In this document: in pieces, positions 29,901 through 39,533 of the stretch
Layout: each line of letters starts with the position of its first letter
How positions within the stretch are numbered: position 1 is the first letter of the stretch
Assembly: GCA_964014485.1 (NCBI GenBank)
Contig: CAXHAT010000043.1
Location: 1 to 45,282, forward strand
Direction: 5' to 3'
Source: an uncultured Deferribacteres bacterium
GTDB lineage: Bacteria; Zhuqueibacterota; Zhuqueibacteria; Zhuqueibacterales; Geothermadaptataceae
Length of the DNA stretch: 45,282 bases
Notes under the pieces: model-generated
Seen by the model: the letters and a program-made list of their open reading frames with translations, nothing else
Told to the model about the DNA's origin: nothing
The model's database searches: none
Translations under genes and position numbers: made by a program

Positions 29901-31109
29901 GCTTTTAAATTCACGCCGGATCACGGCAAAATTCATTTGAGTTTGGAATCGACCGACGACTTTGCCGAAATCAAACTGCGCGACACGGGCGAGGGCGTCA
30001 ACGCCAAAGAATTGCCGCACATCTTCGATCGATTTTATCAAGCCAAGCATGGCAAAAAAGCCAAGAGCGGGACGGGAATCGGGCTGGCGTTGGCGCGGGA
30101 GTTCGTGAGTTTGCACGGCGGTGAATTACAAGCGGAAAGTGCGCCGGGCTTCGGCTCAACTTTCAAGATTCGCCTTTTGCTTGGAAATGCGCACCTTGCG
30201 CCCGAACAAATCATCGCCGACGACGCACAAACCGACGATATTTTTGCAGATATCGAGCTATCGGAATTAAACGCTTCAGCGATTGATGTGAACGACGGGG
30301 CGACGATGAATCGTGGCGCTTCATCCCGAGACGCTGTCCTGAATCAAGCGAGTGGGGAAAACGGTTCCACCAAAATTCTGCTCGTTGACGATAATGACGA
30401 ATTGCGATCTTACCTCAAATTGCAGCTCAGTGAGAGTTACGCCATCGAGGAAGCGGAAAACGGCGTCATCGGTTTGCGTCGCGCTCAAAAATCGCAGCCT
30501 GACCTGATTATTTCCGACGTGATGATGCCGGAGATGGACGGCTACGCGCTCTGTCGCGCAGTTAAGGAAGACGACAAACTTAGCCACATCCCGGTGATAT
30601 TGCTCACGGCCAAAGCTTCTGACGAGAGCAAGCTAGAAGGCTTGGAAACCGGCGCGGATGATTATATTTTCAAACCGTTCAGCGCGGAAACTTTGCGCGT
30701 ACGGGTGCGGAACCTCATCGCTTCGCGCCGGGAAATGCGTCGGCGTTTCAGCGAACAGGTGACTCTGGGGCCGTCGGAAATTGCTGTCGACTCCGCCGAC
30801 GCGGCATTCTTGCAAAAAGTGCAGGAGATCATCGAAAAACATCTTGGCGACGGCAACTTTGGCGTGGAAAGGCTCGCCGAAGAAATGGCCTTGAGCCGAC
30901 GGCAACTGCATCGCCGGGTGCAATCGATCACGCAAACGTCGTCCCTGGAATTTATTCGCACCATGCGCCTGCAGCGCGCCGCGCAATTGTTGGAGCAAAA
31001 AGCGGGCACAGTTTCCGAAATCGCCTATCAAGTCGGGTTCCAGGACGTCAATTATTTTTCGCGTTTGTTCAAAAAAGCCTATGGCAAAACGCCGTCGGAA
31101 TATTCATAA
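26919..31109 (+). CDS. Hybrid two-component sensor kinase/response regulator (propeller sensor, Y_Y_Y, HisKA, HATPase, REC, AraC HTH)
   Basis: GLSNNQV and GxLWIGT repeats; TM after PPWRTWW; SHEFRTPL; GTGIGL; SDVMMP; EIAYQVGF..YFSRLFKK. Confidence 0.95.
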   Translation: MFKSHKFICFLLISLALQGFWLAENRAAQKNIRFKHLTIDDGLSNNQVYVFLQDRHGFIWMGTQDGLNRYDGQGFRIYQNDPADSTSLSRNWIMDLAEDDDGKIWIATQGGGLNVFDPVTEKFKAYRFDANDPTSLGHDRIIELYFDSDNTLWIGTAGGGINRFDRETGSFVRYLHDPEIEGGLPHNTVRRIIEDPSDPDILWAATFDGLSFFNKKDPVLRFKTYRIEDNASGSANDKEFHAAYFDNEKTFWIGTANNGLYQFDTKIEKFSVFHGANEGFQQTYLYDILQDSAGDLWAATIGNGLFRFKEGMPQPEIYQHDPADGNTLSTNSINTVFEDRSGLIWVGTSGGGVDIYDRRSEKVALYRHDPDAPKSLSSDIVYDIDEDDERNLWIGGEGGLNKFDRATGGFEQVLMTASTPDGASPQTVYALMIDRRDNVWVSGALALDRLNILTGEYISYRNFPENPHSMAETVYLPTVEDQNDAIWVGTWGDGVYRLDADQRDLPPRAAKFRQYKHDPADPNSLSADRIQPMLVDRVGNLWIGTADGGLNKYNPESDNFTRYASDSKKPSGLSGNYVRCLLEDRNGFLWIGTYGGGLNRFDPRTEEFLHFRKKDGFPDDVIMSILEDDAGLLWVCTSKTITRFDPNSGHLRVYDQNDGVQTGEFNSAHFKSPRTGEFFFGGKKGFNAFFPQALRAIDAKAPPVAITNFEKYNVQNDAGSAIPVKGIAELDQVKLSYQDNIFSVNYAALSFRNPSQHKFMYKLEGFNENWISQGAQNSATFTNLDPGDYVFRVKGADEENVWGEEGDALKIIVSPPPWRTWWAYSIYSLTVLLALYGLRRYETNRMALKNRLQIEHVEAEKLKELDHLKSRFFANISHEFRTPLTLILAPLEEKLARARSKQDRQLFTTMTRNAKRLLRLINQLLDLSRIESGKMQLAARRTDLSEFLQLAISYFASAAEQRSIALTFHPPEEKIKVYLDLEKMEQVLYNLISNAFKFTPDHGKIHLSLESTDDFAEIKLRDTGEGVNAKELPHIFDRFYQAKHGKKAKSGTGIGLALAREFVSLHGGELQAESAPGFGSTFKIRLLLGNAHLAPEQIIADDAQTDDIFADIELSELNASAIDVNDGATMNRGASSRDAVLNQASGENGSTKILLVDDNDELRSYLKLQLSESYAIEEAENGVIGLRRAQKSQPDLIISDVMMPEMDGYALCRAVKEDDKLSHIPVILLTAKASDESKLEGLETGADDYIFKPFSAETLRVRVRNLIASRREMRRRFSEQVTLGPSEIAVDSADAAFLQKVQEIIEKHLGDGNFGVERLAEEMALSRRQLHRRVQSITQTSSLEFIRTMRLQRAAQLLEQKAGTVSEIAYQVGFQDVNYFSRLFKKAYGKTPSEYS

Positions 31110-31114
31110 ATCAT

Positions 31115-31321
31115 CCCAAGTTGTGACCTATTTAAAAAGGAGTGCAAGGCTTGCCTTGCTATTCCGTCGCAGGCTTTCTCGGAACCGTCCGCTTTTTACT
31201 GAAATTTGCCGTGTTATCCATTTGAGCGGGATGAATGGCAAAGCAAGCTTCGCACTCCGAGCGCTTTCCGTTTTTAAAATGCGCGTCAAACGGCGTTTTT
31301 ACCGGAAGGTCACAACTTGGG
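31115..31321. mobile_element. MITE-like element with internal inverted REP pair
   Basis: Perfect 15-bp TIR cccaagttgtgacct / aggtcacaacttggg; inner pair ggagtgcaaggcttgccttgc / gcaaagcaagcttcgcactcc. Confidence 0.65.
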
Positions 31322-31538
31322 TTAAATTAAACGGACGGGTTCATCGTTTACACACGGCTCTCGTCTCAAAATAACAGTCACGTGAAATCAACTTCTGTTC
31401 ATTTTTCATTCTCCCAAAAACTCGGAGTGCAAAACTTCAGTTTTGCAAGTTACTTCTCGATCAAGGCCGCAGACACGTTTGCAAAGTTGAATAATTCACA
31501 TTACCGAATCTCTTTCATCGCCTAACCAGGACAGGATT

Positions 31539-33050
31539 ATGTTTCGTTCAAAATTCACTAGCGTCGTTTTCGCGCTTTTGCCAATTTCATTTTTATTCGC
31601 CCAAAACAATTTGCCGGAAGATCAATTCTCGAGGTCGGTTCTCGAAGCGGATTTGCGTTTCCTCGCCGCTGACGAATTGATGGGGCGAGCAACCGGAACG
31701 CCCGGAATAGACGCCGCCGCGCGCTACATCGCCGAGCAATTTCGCGCAGCCGGCGCACAACCCGCGCCCGGTTTCGACGACTTTTTGCATCCGATTGAAT
31801 TCGAAAGAGTGCAATCTGGCAAAACGGGTAAAATCATGCTTTGGGAAAACGAATTGGCGCAAGGCCAGGCGTTTTTTGTTTTAGAAGGCGGTGCTCTGAG
31901 CATTGAAACGGAAGCCGTTTTTGTCAACCAGGGCTGGCGCGATGAGGAGAAAAACGTCAACGATTACAACGGGCTTGATCTCGCCGGAAAAATCGCCGTC
32001 TGCCAAACGGGCTTTCCGGGCGCTACGCCAATACAAGCCTTACGCGCCGGAGCTCAAAAACGTGAATTCGCGCGAGAAGCCGGCGCCGTCGCTCTGATCG
32101 AAATTAACACCGGAACCCCGCCCTGGCAATTGATCTCCCGCTTTCTGGGCAGCTCGCGCATTCAGCTTAAGCAAGATGATGATTCCGAAAAAGCGCCGTT
32201 TTTTCACGTGATCGCTGATGGAAAGGATGAACTTCTGACGAAAGCCCAGGAAGATGGTTCGTCCATACCAGCAAAGATTGAAAGCCCCGGCATGAAGAAG
32301 GAAACCGTCGTTTCAAGCAATGTCGTCGGTTGGATTGAAGGGAGCGATGAAAAATTAAAAGAAGAATTCGTCGTTCTTTCCGCTCACTACGATCACGTCG
32401 GCGCAGGCTTGCACATGCGCGGCGCCACCCCTGCAGACAGCATTTTTAACGGCGCGCGCGACAACGGGATCGGAACGGCGGCAATCATGAGCGCGGCCAG
32501 AGCTTTCGGCGAAAAGCCTCCCGCACGATCCGTGATTTTTTTGGCGTGTACAGCGGAAGAAGTGGGATTGCTTGGCAGTCGCTATTATGTCGAGAATCCT
32601 CCTTTCCCGCTTGAGAAAACGATTTTCAATTTTAACACAGACGGCGCAGGATATTCGGACACCACCATCGTGACCGTGATCGGTTTGGAACGCACTTCCG
32701 CGGAACAGGTAATTCACGACGGCGCCGGGCGCTACGATCTGATCGCCATTCAAGACCCGATGCCCGCCCAGAATCTCTTTGACCGCTCGGACAACGTCAA
32801 CTTTGCGCGCCAGGGAATCCCGGCGCCGAACTTTAGCCCCGGCATACGATCTTTCGGCGGAGAGATCGGCAAACGCTACCACCAACCGGCTGATGAAATC
32901 GACGCCGATTTTAACTTCTCGTACGTCTTGAGATTCTGCCAAGCTTACACAAATGCGGCGCGCCGAATCGCCAATTTGCCCGAGCAGCCGAAGTGGCAAG
33001 CAGGCGATAAATACGAAGAAGCCTGGAAAATTTTGTTTGAAGATAAGTGA
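31539..33050 (+). CDS. Exported M28-family peptidase with PA insert
   Basis: SAHYDH, NGARDN, AEEVGLLGS, RSDN, YHQPADE. Confidence 0.93.
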   Translation: MFRSKFTSVVFALLPISFLFAQNNLPEDQFSRSVLEADLRFLAADELMGRATGTPGIDAAARYIAEQFRAAGAQPAPGFDDFLHPIEFERVQSGKTGKIMLWENELAQGQAFFVLEGGALSIETEAVFVNQGWRDEEKNVNDYNGLDLAGKIAVCQTGFPGATPIQALRAGAQKREFAREAGAVALIEINTGTPPWQLISRFLGSSRIQLKQDDDSEKAPFFHVIADGKDELLTKAQEDGSSIPAKIESPGMKKETVVSSNVVGWIEGSDEKLKEEFVVLSAHYDHVGAGLHMRGATPADSIFNGARDNGIGTAAIMSAARAFGEKPPARSVIFLACTAEEVGLLGSRYYVENPPFPLEKTIFNFNTDGAGYSDTTIVTVIGLERTSAEQVIHDGAGRYDLIAIQDPMPAQNLFDRSDNVNFARQGIPAPNFSPGIRSFGGEIGKRYHQPADEIDADFNFSYVLRFCQAYTNAARRIANLPEQPKWQAGDKYEEAWKILFEDK

Positions 33051-33144
33051 CGAAATAAAATCGCTTTTGGCCATTCGTTGTTAGCTGACAGTCAAAAGCG
33101 ATTTTGAATCTGGAATGAGCTCAAAGGCGAAAAGCGTTGTCAGG

Positions 33145-34182
33145 TTATCGGCTGGTCGTCCTTTGCCTTGCGGGAACTGCTTTTTTTGCACCGGCGTCTT
33201 TGCGCAGCGGGTTTGTTTTGAGAACAAGCACTTCCTTGCCGTCACTGACGCCGTCGCCGTCTGAATCTTTCTTGTTGGGGTTGGTGCGATACTTCCAAAT
33301 CTCAGCGCCGTCAGGCAGTCCGTCGCGGTCGGAGTCTCTGTTGTTGGGGTCAGTTTTGTAGTGGTACATCTCATGAAAATCGCTGACCCTGTCGTTGTCG
33401 GAATCGTCTTCTTTTGAATACATAATCTGCCCGCCGCTCTTGCCGCGAGAAGCGAATCCGTCGGCGCTTCGTTTACGTTTTCGGGTACGCGATTGTAGTA
33501 TGATTTTAGCGCCGATTTTCAATTCGAGTATGCCCGAATTGCGGTCGCCGTTATGCGTGCCAAGCGCGGTGAGACCGCTTGTCTCCATGCCGTCGGTGAA
33601 CATTCTTATCCAACGCGCGGAAGTTGTCAGCGCGAATTTTGGGCTGGTAAAATAGTCGACTCCAGCGCCGAAACCCACCGCCGGACTCACGCTGCTGCGG
33701 ACGCTGGTTCCATTTGCGAAAGTCGTGCTGGAACCGGTGCGCAAATCGCGCGCGTCCCAATAGATCACCCCCGCCATGCCCTCAACGAACGGCATGATCA
33801 GCCATTCATAATCCCTCAAATAATAAATTCCGTGAACCAGGGCCGGTACGAGATTGGTCTTGAACGGAAAAGCGGAAGTCGAAGCAAAGGAGCTCGCTCC
33901 GTCCCTGCGGGCTCGAACCCAACCAAAACCGGTTTCAAAAGCAATCGAAAAACGATCCGATGCGCCGTAGTAAACCATGATTCCCGCCCAGGGATCGACT
34001 GTTGAATGATCGACGCTGTCTCCGATCATTTTGACCCAACTGCCAAAAATTTGAACAGCGACGGCGTTTTCATTTGTGAGGCGATCAGACAAATTGGGAT
34101 GGACAAAACCCGGCGGGAGTTGCGCAAAAACAGGCGCGGCCAATAACACTGAAGATATGACGCTTCGAAATAATGCTTTCAT
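33145..34182 (-). CDS. Outer-membrane beta-barrel protein with C-terminal DxDxDG Ca-binding repeats
   Basis: Signal peptide; barrel-like strands; DSDNDRVSD, DSDRDGLPDGAE, DSDGDGVSDGKE repeats with TNP spacers. Confidence 0.75.
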   Translation of the reverse strand: MKALFRSVISSVLLAAPVFAQLPPGFVHPNLSDRLTNENAVAVQIFGSWVKMIGDSVDHSTVDPWAGIMVYYGASDRFSIAFETGFGWVRARRDGASSFASTSAFPFKTNLVPALVHGIYYLRDYEWLIMPFVEGMAGVIYWDARDLRTGSSTTFANGTSVRSSVSPAVGFGAGVDYFTSPKFALTTSARWIRMFTDGMETSGLTALGTHNGDRNSGILELKIGAKIILQSRTRKRKRSADGFASRGKSGGQIMYSKEDDSDNDRVSDFHEMYHYKTDPNNRDSDRDGLPDGAEIWKYRTNPNKKDSDGDGVSDGKEVLVLKTNPLRKDAGAKKAVPARQRTTSR

Positions 34183-34370
34183 AATTTCCGTCCTTCAAAT
34201 ACTGCGTGGCGTCGTGCATAATTCACTAATATGTATGCGCATTCGGGCGCGGCTAGCTGTAAAAAGAATGTAAAATTTATGCTTAACCCGCAGATTTCGA
34301 CGGTATGAGAAGTATTGTCGCATTGAAAAAACCTTCTTCACATTAAGAAAATCTCTTCACAGCACTCACT

Positions 34371-35135
34371 ATGCTCCTCGCATTTTTCCTACTTAATGCG
34401 CTAAACGCAAACGCCGGAGTTTTCGATTTGGCCTTGCAATCCGGCGCATTTGCAAAGATCATTTTAGGCGTTTTACTCGTTCTTTCGATTATTTCGTGGG
34501 CGCTGGCCGGCGGAAAAATTATTCAAATTAAAGCGGTTCATCGCGGTTATTTCAATTTCATGAACATGCTTCAGCAATCGCCCGACCCGCGCGGTTTTCA
34601 TCACGCGCTTCTGGCTAGTGAGAAAACTGCATTTTCTCGGCTTTTCGAAGAAGGTTACTTCACTTTTCGCAAGGCTTTCAAAAGAGAAATTGCAGGGAAG
34701 GACACATTTTCCCAGAATTTTGACGGCCCGGGCGCAACGTCGCAGGGAACGGTGCAGTTCGAAAAAGAAGTGGGTTTAAGGCTGGAAACGTTAGCCAACG
34801 CAGAAATCGTCGAACTGGAACAAAGCCTGGCGCACCTGGGCACGATTGTTACCGTCAGCCCGTTTATTGGACTTTTAGGAACGGTTTGGGGCGTTTTGCA
34901 AGCGTTTTTGCAAATTGGCGCTTTTGGCAGTGCCGAGCTTTCCGTCGTCGCTCCCGGCATCGCCGAGGCGCTGATTACGACGGTCGCGGGACTTCTCGTC
35001 GCCATTCCGGCGGCGGTTTGCAATAATTTGTTGGCGCTGCGCTTACAGCCTGTGCGTGAAAATATTGAGCGGGCCGTGACGGAATTGAAGATTTATTTTT
35101 TAGCGAGCTGGCGTTATGAAAAAGCCAACATCTAA
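34371..35135 (+). CDS. MotA/TolQ/ExbB proton channel protein
   Basis: SPFIGLLGTVWG, VAPGIAEALITTVAGL. Confidence 0.93.
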   Translation: MLLAFFLLNALNANAGVFDLALQSGAFAKIILGVLLVLSIISWALAGGKIIQIKAVHRGYFNFMNMLQQSPDPRGFHHALLASEKTAFSRLFEEGYFTFRKAFKREIAGKDTFSQNFDGPGATSQGTVQFEKEVGLRLETLANAEIVELEQSLAHLGTIVTVSPFIGLLGTVWGVLQAFLQIGAFGSAELSVVAPGIAEALITTVAGLLVAIPAAVCNNLLALRLQPVRENIERAVTELKIYFLASWRYEKANI

Positions 35136-35517
35136 AGTCATCTCCGAAATCAATTTGACGTCATTGGTTGACGTGACGCTGGTTTTGTTGATTGTTTTTA
35201 TGATTACCGCGCCGCTGATGCGCAGCGGCAAACGGTTAGATTTACCGCAGGCCGAACAGCGCTCATCACTGCCTCAAAAATCAATCGTCCTTTCCCTCAC
35301 TTCAAGCAGAGATTTGTTTTTGGATGGAGAGATGATCACTCGCGACAGCCTCGAGTCCAAATTATCAAAATTGCAAACCGGTTCAAGCGTCCCGGTCATG
35401 ATTGAAGGCGACCACAAAGTGCCGTACGGAGAAATCGTTTCCGTCATGGACGCAGTGCAAAAAGCCGGCATTGAAAACGTATCACTGGTGTTGGATGCGG
35501 TTCAATCCAAGAAATGA
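35116..35517 (+). CDS. TolR/ExbD protein
   Basis: EINLTSLVDVTLVLLIVFMITAP; overlaps the upstream gene. Confidence 0.93.
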   Translation: MKKPTSKVISEINLTSLVDVTLVLLIVFMITAPLMRSGKRLDLPQAEQRSSLPQKSIVLSLTSSRDLFLDGEMITRDSLESKLSKLQTGSSVPVMIEGDHKVPYGEIVSVMDAVQKAGIENVSLVLDAVQSKK

Positions 35518-35527
35518 ACGCGCCCAC

Positions 35528-36145
35528 TTGAAGAAGGCTTTCGCGTACTCGCTTGCTCTGCACATAGCGTTAACCGCCGTATTTTGGGCGGGAGCGTATT
35601 TTTTCGAAGATAGCCCCGTTATCAAGCGCACCCGCACCATTCACGCCGCGTTGGTGCGCGAAAAAATTGCGCCGCCGAATCGCGCCGTCCAGCATGTTCC
35701 GGCGAAACCCGCGCCACAACCTAAAGCCTCCAGCAAAATCTCCGCACACAACCAAAAGCATCTTTCATCGCAGCCCGAAAAAAACCGCGTTTTTGACGAC
35801 AATGCTGCTGAAAAAAGCGTTGTCGCGCCGTCCGGCCCGTCCTTGAAAATCGATGCGCCGGACTTTCCCTATCCCGAATATTTAGCTTTGATCCAATACC
35901 GCATCGAGCAAAATTGGCGTCCGCCGCGATCTGAACACGTGCAATCGACGACAATCATCTCGTTCCGCATTTTGAAAAACGGCGAAATAACACAAGTTTT
36001 TCTCGGGCGCTCCAGCGGAGTTTTCGCTTTGGATCAAGCCGCTCAACGGGCGGTTTTTAGCGCAAGCCCCCTCCCTCCCCTGCCTGCCGAAACCAGCATC
36101 AAATCTCTCGGCGTGCATTTCGAATTTGCATTGACCGGTCAATGA
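35528..36145 (+). CDS. TonB/TolA-family energy transducer
   Basis: Likely TTG start; SLALH TM motif; Pro/Lys linker; SSGVFALDQAAQRAV..PLPPLP C-terminal domain. Confidence 0.85.
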   Translation: MKKAFAYSLALHIALTAVFWAGAYFFEDSPVIKRTRTIHAALVREKIAPPNRAVQHVPAKPAPQPKASSKISAHNQKHLSSQPEKNRVFDDNAAEKSVVAPSGPSLKIDAPDFPYPEYLALIQYRIEQNWRPPRSEHVQSTTIISFRILKNGEITQVFLGRSSGVFALDQAAQRAVFSASPLPPLPAETSIKSLGVHFEFALTGQ

Positions 36146-36365
36146 CCGAATAGAGTTGACATTCACCTCTCCCGGATTATCTTTCGTCCTGCCTGACAAT
36201 TTTTTGCCGTATTTAACCCAAATTGGGAATACGCTGCATTTTTAGCGTCATCCAGTCATATCATTCCAACGCGTCATTGAGTTCATCAAAGCCATGAATA
36301 GCCGCTCTTTTTTGCGAAAGTACAGAAAAACCCGAGAACAAATTTATTACAAGTGGAGATCAGAG

Positions 36366-36779
36366 ATGCTTAATCAGCAAGAAAAGAATATGGATGCATT
36401 ATTGTCGGAACTTTACCGAATGGCCAGTAAGATCGATACCCCGGAAACTGAAGATGACGAAGAATTCGTTGTGGAAAACACCCCCGGACAAGGTCAAGGC
36501 CCTGATGGTTTGGAGCCGGGTGAAGTTCAGGACTCGCAAGCTGCAGAAGCCATGCAGGGTCAATTCGATGAGCTGCAATCGCAAATTGCGATTTTTCGTA
36601 GTAATTATCACCTTGAGCCTGGAGACGAAAACTACAACGACGTTAAAGGGGAAGCGATGCACACCCTTAACGAACTCTTCATGAAAGCCTTCGCTCACGC
36701 TCACGAGGTGCGTAAAAGCCGCAGCAAGCTCATCAAGCGCCCGCGCAGCCGCACCCGCCGCGTACCTCGCTTTATGTAA
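36366..36779 (+). CDS. Hypothetical acidic protein with Arg/Lys-rich C-terminal tail
   Basis: GGAG RBS before ATG 36366 (alternative start 36294); followed by a terminator. Confidence 0.7.
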   Translation: MLNQQEKNMDALLSELYRMASKIDTPETEDDEEFVVENTPGQGQGPDGLEPGEVQDSQAAEAMQGQFDELQSQIAIFRSNYHLEPGDENYNDVKGEAMHTLNELFMKAFAHAHEVRKSRSKLIKRPRSRTRRVPRFM

Positions 36780-36804
36780 AAATAACCATACAAACGGCTG
36801 ACAG

Positions 36805-36850
36805 AAAGTCCGCGTTGGTCTCGAAAGACTGGCGCGGGCTTTTTGTTTTT
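36805..36850 (+). terminator. Intrinsic terminator
   Basis: aaagtccgcg..cgcgggcttt stem followed by a T-rich tract. Confidence 0.75.
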
Positions 36851-36863
36851 ATAGAATTGCCGT

Positions 36864-39323
36864 ATGAACAAAACGCGCATTTTATACTATATCCCAGCCT
36901 TGATCGGCTGTTTATGTTTTGCCTGCGGGGAACCGACCACGACAAATTCCAAAAATGAAAGCCAGCTTGAGGTCGCCCTGCGTTTCGTAGACGAAGGTCA
37001 TGCGTTCTATGATGACGACGAATGGTCGGACGCATTGCGATCTTACGATCTGGCGGACAGCGTTTTCCATTCGGCGAATTTGCAGAATACAATTTATTAC
37101 GTCGATCTTCTTCTCGACCAAGGGGATTTGCTCGAAGGACTCGAGCAGGGCTCGCTTGCCTTAAAAAACTTTCAATCCGCTCGCGACCTGGCGCAAGAAC
37201 TTGACGAACCCAAGGAATTTGAACGTGCGCTTGTACGCATCGGCGCACAGCACATGACGCGCAAAGCATATCCCAAAGCGCGGGCGGCCTTCAGACGCTA
37301 CAACAGCACGCTTGACGAAACCGATAAATATGAATGTAATTCGAAAGCTTACTGGACCTTGATGATTGCCGATTCGTATAACCGGCAAGATTCTACGGAA
37401 CTGGCTGTGCAATATTATAAACGGGCTTTGGAGCTGGCGGAAAAAGCGGAAAATATCGGCTACAAAATTCAGTGCAGATTAGAACTCATCAGGCTGACTC
37501 TCAATGAACGCGACCATGAAGAAGCGCGCAGCGATTTACAGCACATTTACCAACAAGCCGATTCGCTCGGAGCGGAAAACGTCAAATGGCAGACGCTCTT
37601 TGAAATCGCCAGAACATTTAAAGCGGAAGGACGGCTGGACAGCGCAATTGCCCATTTAAAGGATGCGGCTGCGATCATTGAAGTTATTCGCAAAGAGTTC
37701 GCGGTTGATCACTTGCGCATAGGTTATTTTAATCAAGCCGACGGCGTTTATCGAGAGCTTGTCGAGCTTTATTATCTGGAATATGGCAAGCATAACACGT
37801 CCGCCGATCTGGATAGTTTGTTCAAGTATCTACAATTCACCCGAGGCCGTGAAATTGTTCGCAATCGTGTTATAGAAAATGAGCCTTTTCTCCAGGCAAA
37901 ACGTAAACTTGAGCGTTTGCAGCATGTGGCCAGATCGATAGGGGAAATCACGGATTCTCACACGGCGCAAATCGCTGCCGCCAAAAGGGACTTAATCGGT
38001 CGCTTCGTCCACCTTCAGCAAGAGGGCGGCTATGAACAAGAAGAACTTGTGACGCTTGAGCAAGCGAAGAATTACACGAAAGCGGCGAATATTGGGCTTT
38101 TATTCTACCATATCTATGGTGAGAAGTCTTTTGTTTTGAGCATTAACGGGGAAAATGTCAAAACGATTCCGTTAGACGTCCGGCCCGCCGAAGTGGCCGC
38201 AAACGTCAACGCGCTCATGCGACCGTTTTATAGCGTCGAGACAACGCAGGATGCGAAGAAAGTTGTTTTTCGTCCTAAAAAGGCGCACCAGCTATATCAA
38301 AATATCGTCGCACCCGTCACCGCCGAACTCAATCTTTCAAAGAAGCTGCTCATCGTCGGCGATACGCCCATCATCGATTTGAACTTCGATATGTTAATGA
38401 GCGATTCGACGGACTCTCCCGCATATTCACCATCGGACAATCCCGAACCTTATATCCACAAACTTCTCGTTAACGACTACGCTTTCGCCTACGCGCAAAA
38501 TCTTTCGTTCATGAATCACCCGATTGAAGCGCGCTCCTCATCTTCGAATATTCTCGTTGCAGCAAATCCTTTTGAAGCGGAGGACAATTCCGAAGCTCTA
38601 CGTCGGCAAAATTTGCGTAAGATCACCGGCTACGTTTTTTCGCCGTTGCTCAATGCTGAAAAAGAGGGCGAATTGTTAAAGAAAATCATTGAAAGCGTCA
38701 AGTTGCTTAAAAGGGGTCAAGCTTCCGAAGCGGCGGTTTTATCGGAAATTGAAGAATATGACATGCTGCATTTTGCAACGCACGCCTGGTACGATTCGCT
38801 CTATGACGCGTTTTCCGGAATCGTCTTGGGCTTCGATTCCACGCAGGCAAACGATGGTTTACTCATGGGCTATGAAATTGCGCAATTGCGCTTGAACTGC
38901 GACCTGGTTTCGCTCAGCGCTTGCGAAACCGGCAGAGGAAAAGTCGAGTCCGCCGAAGGGATAATGGGATTGCCTCGCTTATTCATGAACGCGGGAGCAA
39001 AATCAGTTGTCATGACAATGTGGAAATTGTACGACGCTTCCGGACCGGCTATTACGCCTGCTTTTTATGATGCAGTCGTCCACGAGAATTTCTCCAAAAT
39101 AGAAGCCCTTGCCTTAGCGAAACGCGCTTTTATAAAGGATAAGCTTGAAAACGATCCCAAATCTGCACACCCATTTTTCTGGGCGGCGTTTTCTCTCTAC
39201 GGCGAGCCCGGCAAGGCCGCTTCAACCGGTTCTTCCACCAATGTGATTCCGGTCGCATTCATGATTGCAATTTCTGCACTCCTTCTTGCTTTCTTGCTGC
39301 GAAAGTTTCGGCGTCGAACATAA
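36864..39323 (+). CDS. Exported TPR-CHAT (caspase HetF-associated) domain protein with C-terminal TM anchor
   Basis: N-terminal signal with Cys; TPR-like helices; LHFATH, DGLL, LSACETG, MTMW, HPFFWAAF; hydrophobic plus basic tail. Confidence 0.9.
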   Translation: MNKTRILYYIPALIGCLCFACGEPTTTNSKNESQLEVALRFVDEGHAFYDDDEWSDALRSYDLADSVFHSANLQNTIYYVDLLLDQGDLLEGLEQGSLALKNFQSARDLAQELDEPKEFERALVRIGAQHMTRKAYPKARAAFRRYNSTLDETDKYECNSKAYWTLMIADSYNRQDSTELAVQYYKRALELAEKAENIGYKIQCRLELIRLTLNERDHEEARSDLQHIYQQADSLGAENVKWQTLFEIARTFKAEGRLDSAIAHLKDAAAIIEVIRKEFAVDHLRIGYFNQADGVYRELVELYYLEYGKHNTSADLDSLFKYLQFTRGREIVRNRVIENEPFLQAKRKLERLQHVARSIGEITDSHTAQIAAAKRDLIGRFVHLQQEGGYEQEELVTLEQAKNYTKAANIGLLFYHIYGEKSFVLSINGENVKTIPLDVRPAEVAANVNALMRPFYSVETTQDAKKVVFRPKKAHQLYQNIVAPVTAELNLSKKLLIVGDTPIIDLNFDMLMSDSTDSPAYSPSDNPEPYIHKLLVNDYAFAYAQNLSFMNHPIEARSSSSNILVAANPFEAEDNSEALRRQNLRKITGYVFSPLLNAEKEGELLKKIIESVKLLKRGQASEAAVLSEIEEYDMLHFATHAWYDSLYDAFSGIVLGFDSTQANDGLLMGYEIAQLRLNCDLVSLSACETGRGKVESAEGIMGLPRLFMNAGAKSVVMTMWKLYDASGPAITPAFYDAVVHENFSKIEALALAKRAFIKDKLENDPKSAHPFFWAAFSLYGEPGKAASTGSSTNVIPVAFMIAISALLLAFLLRKFRRRT

Positions 39324-39533
39324 CTTCCTTCCATATTTCTCATCGCAGTGCATCAACAAACGCTCTTCGCGTGAACTGCAATCCGCATTTAGCAAGGAAC
39401 TTTTACTTCAAAAAAGTGTAAACGTTGTGTTCGCGAAAACGCTCTTTCAAAGAACAAGCCGGAAGCAACCGCCCAAGATCAATCAAAACGTTTACCAAGC
39501 TTTGAGCTTACTCCCCCATCTGAGGACGCATCT

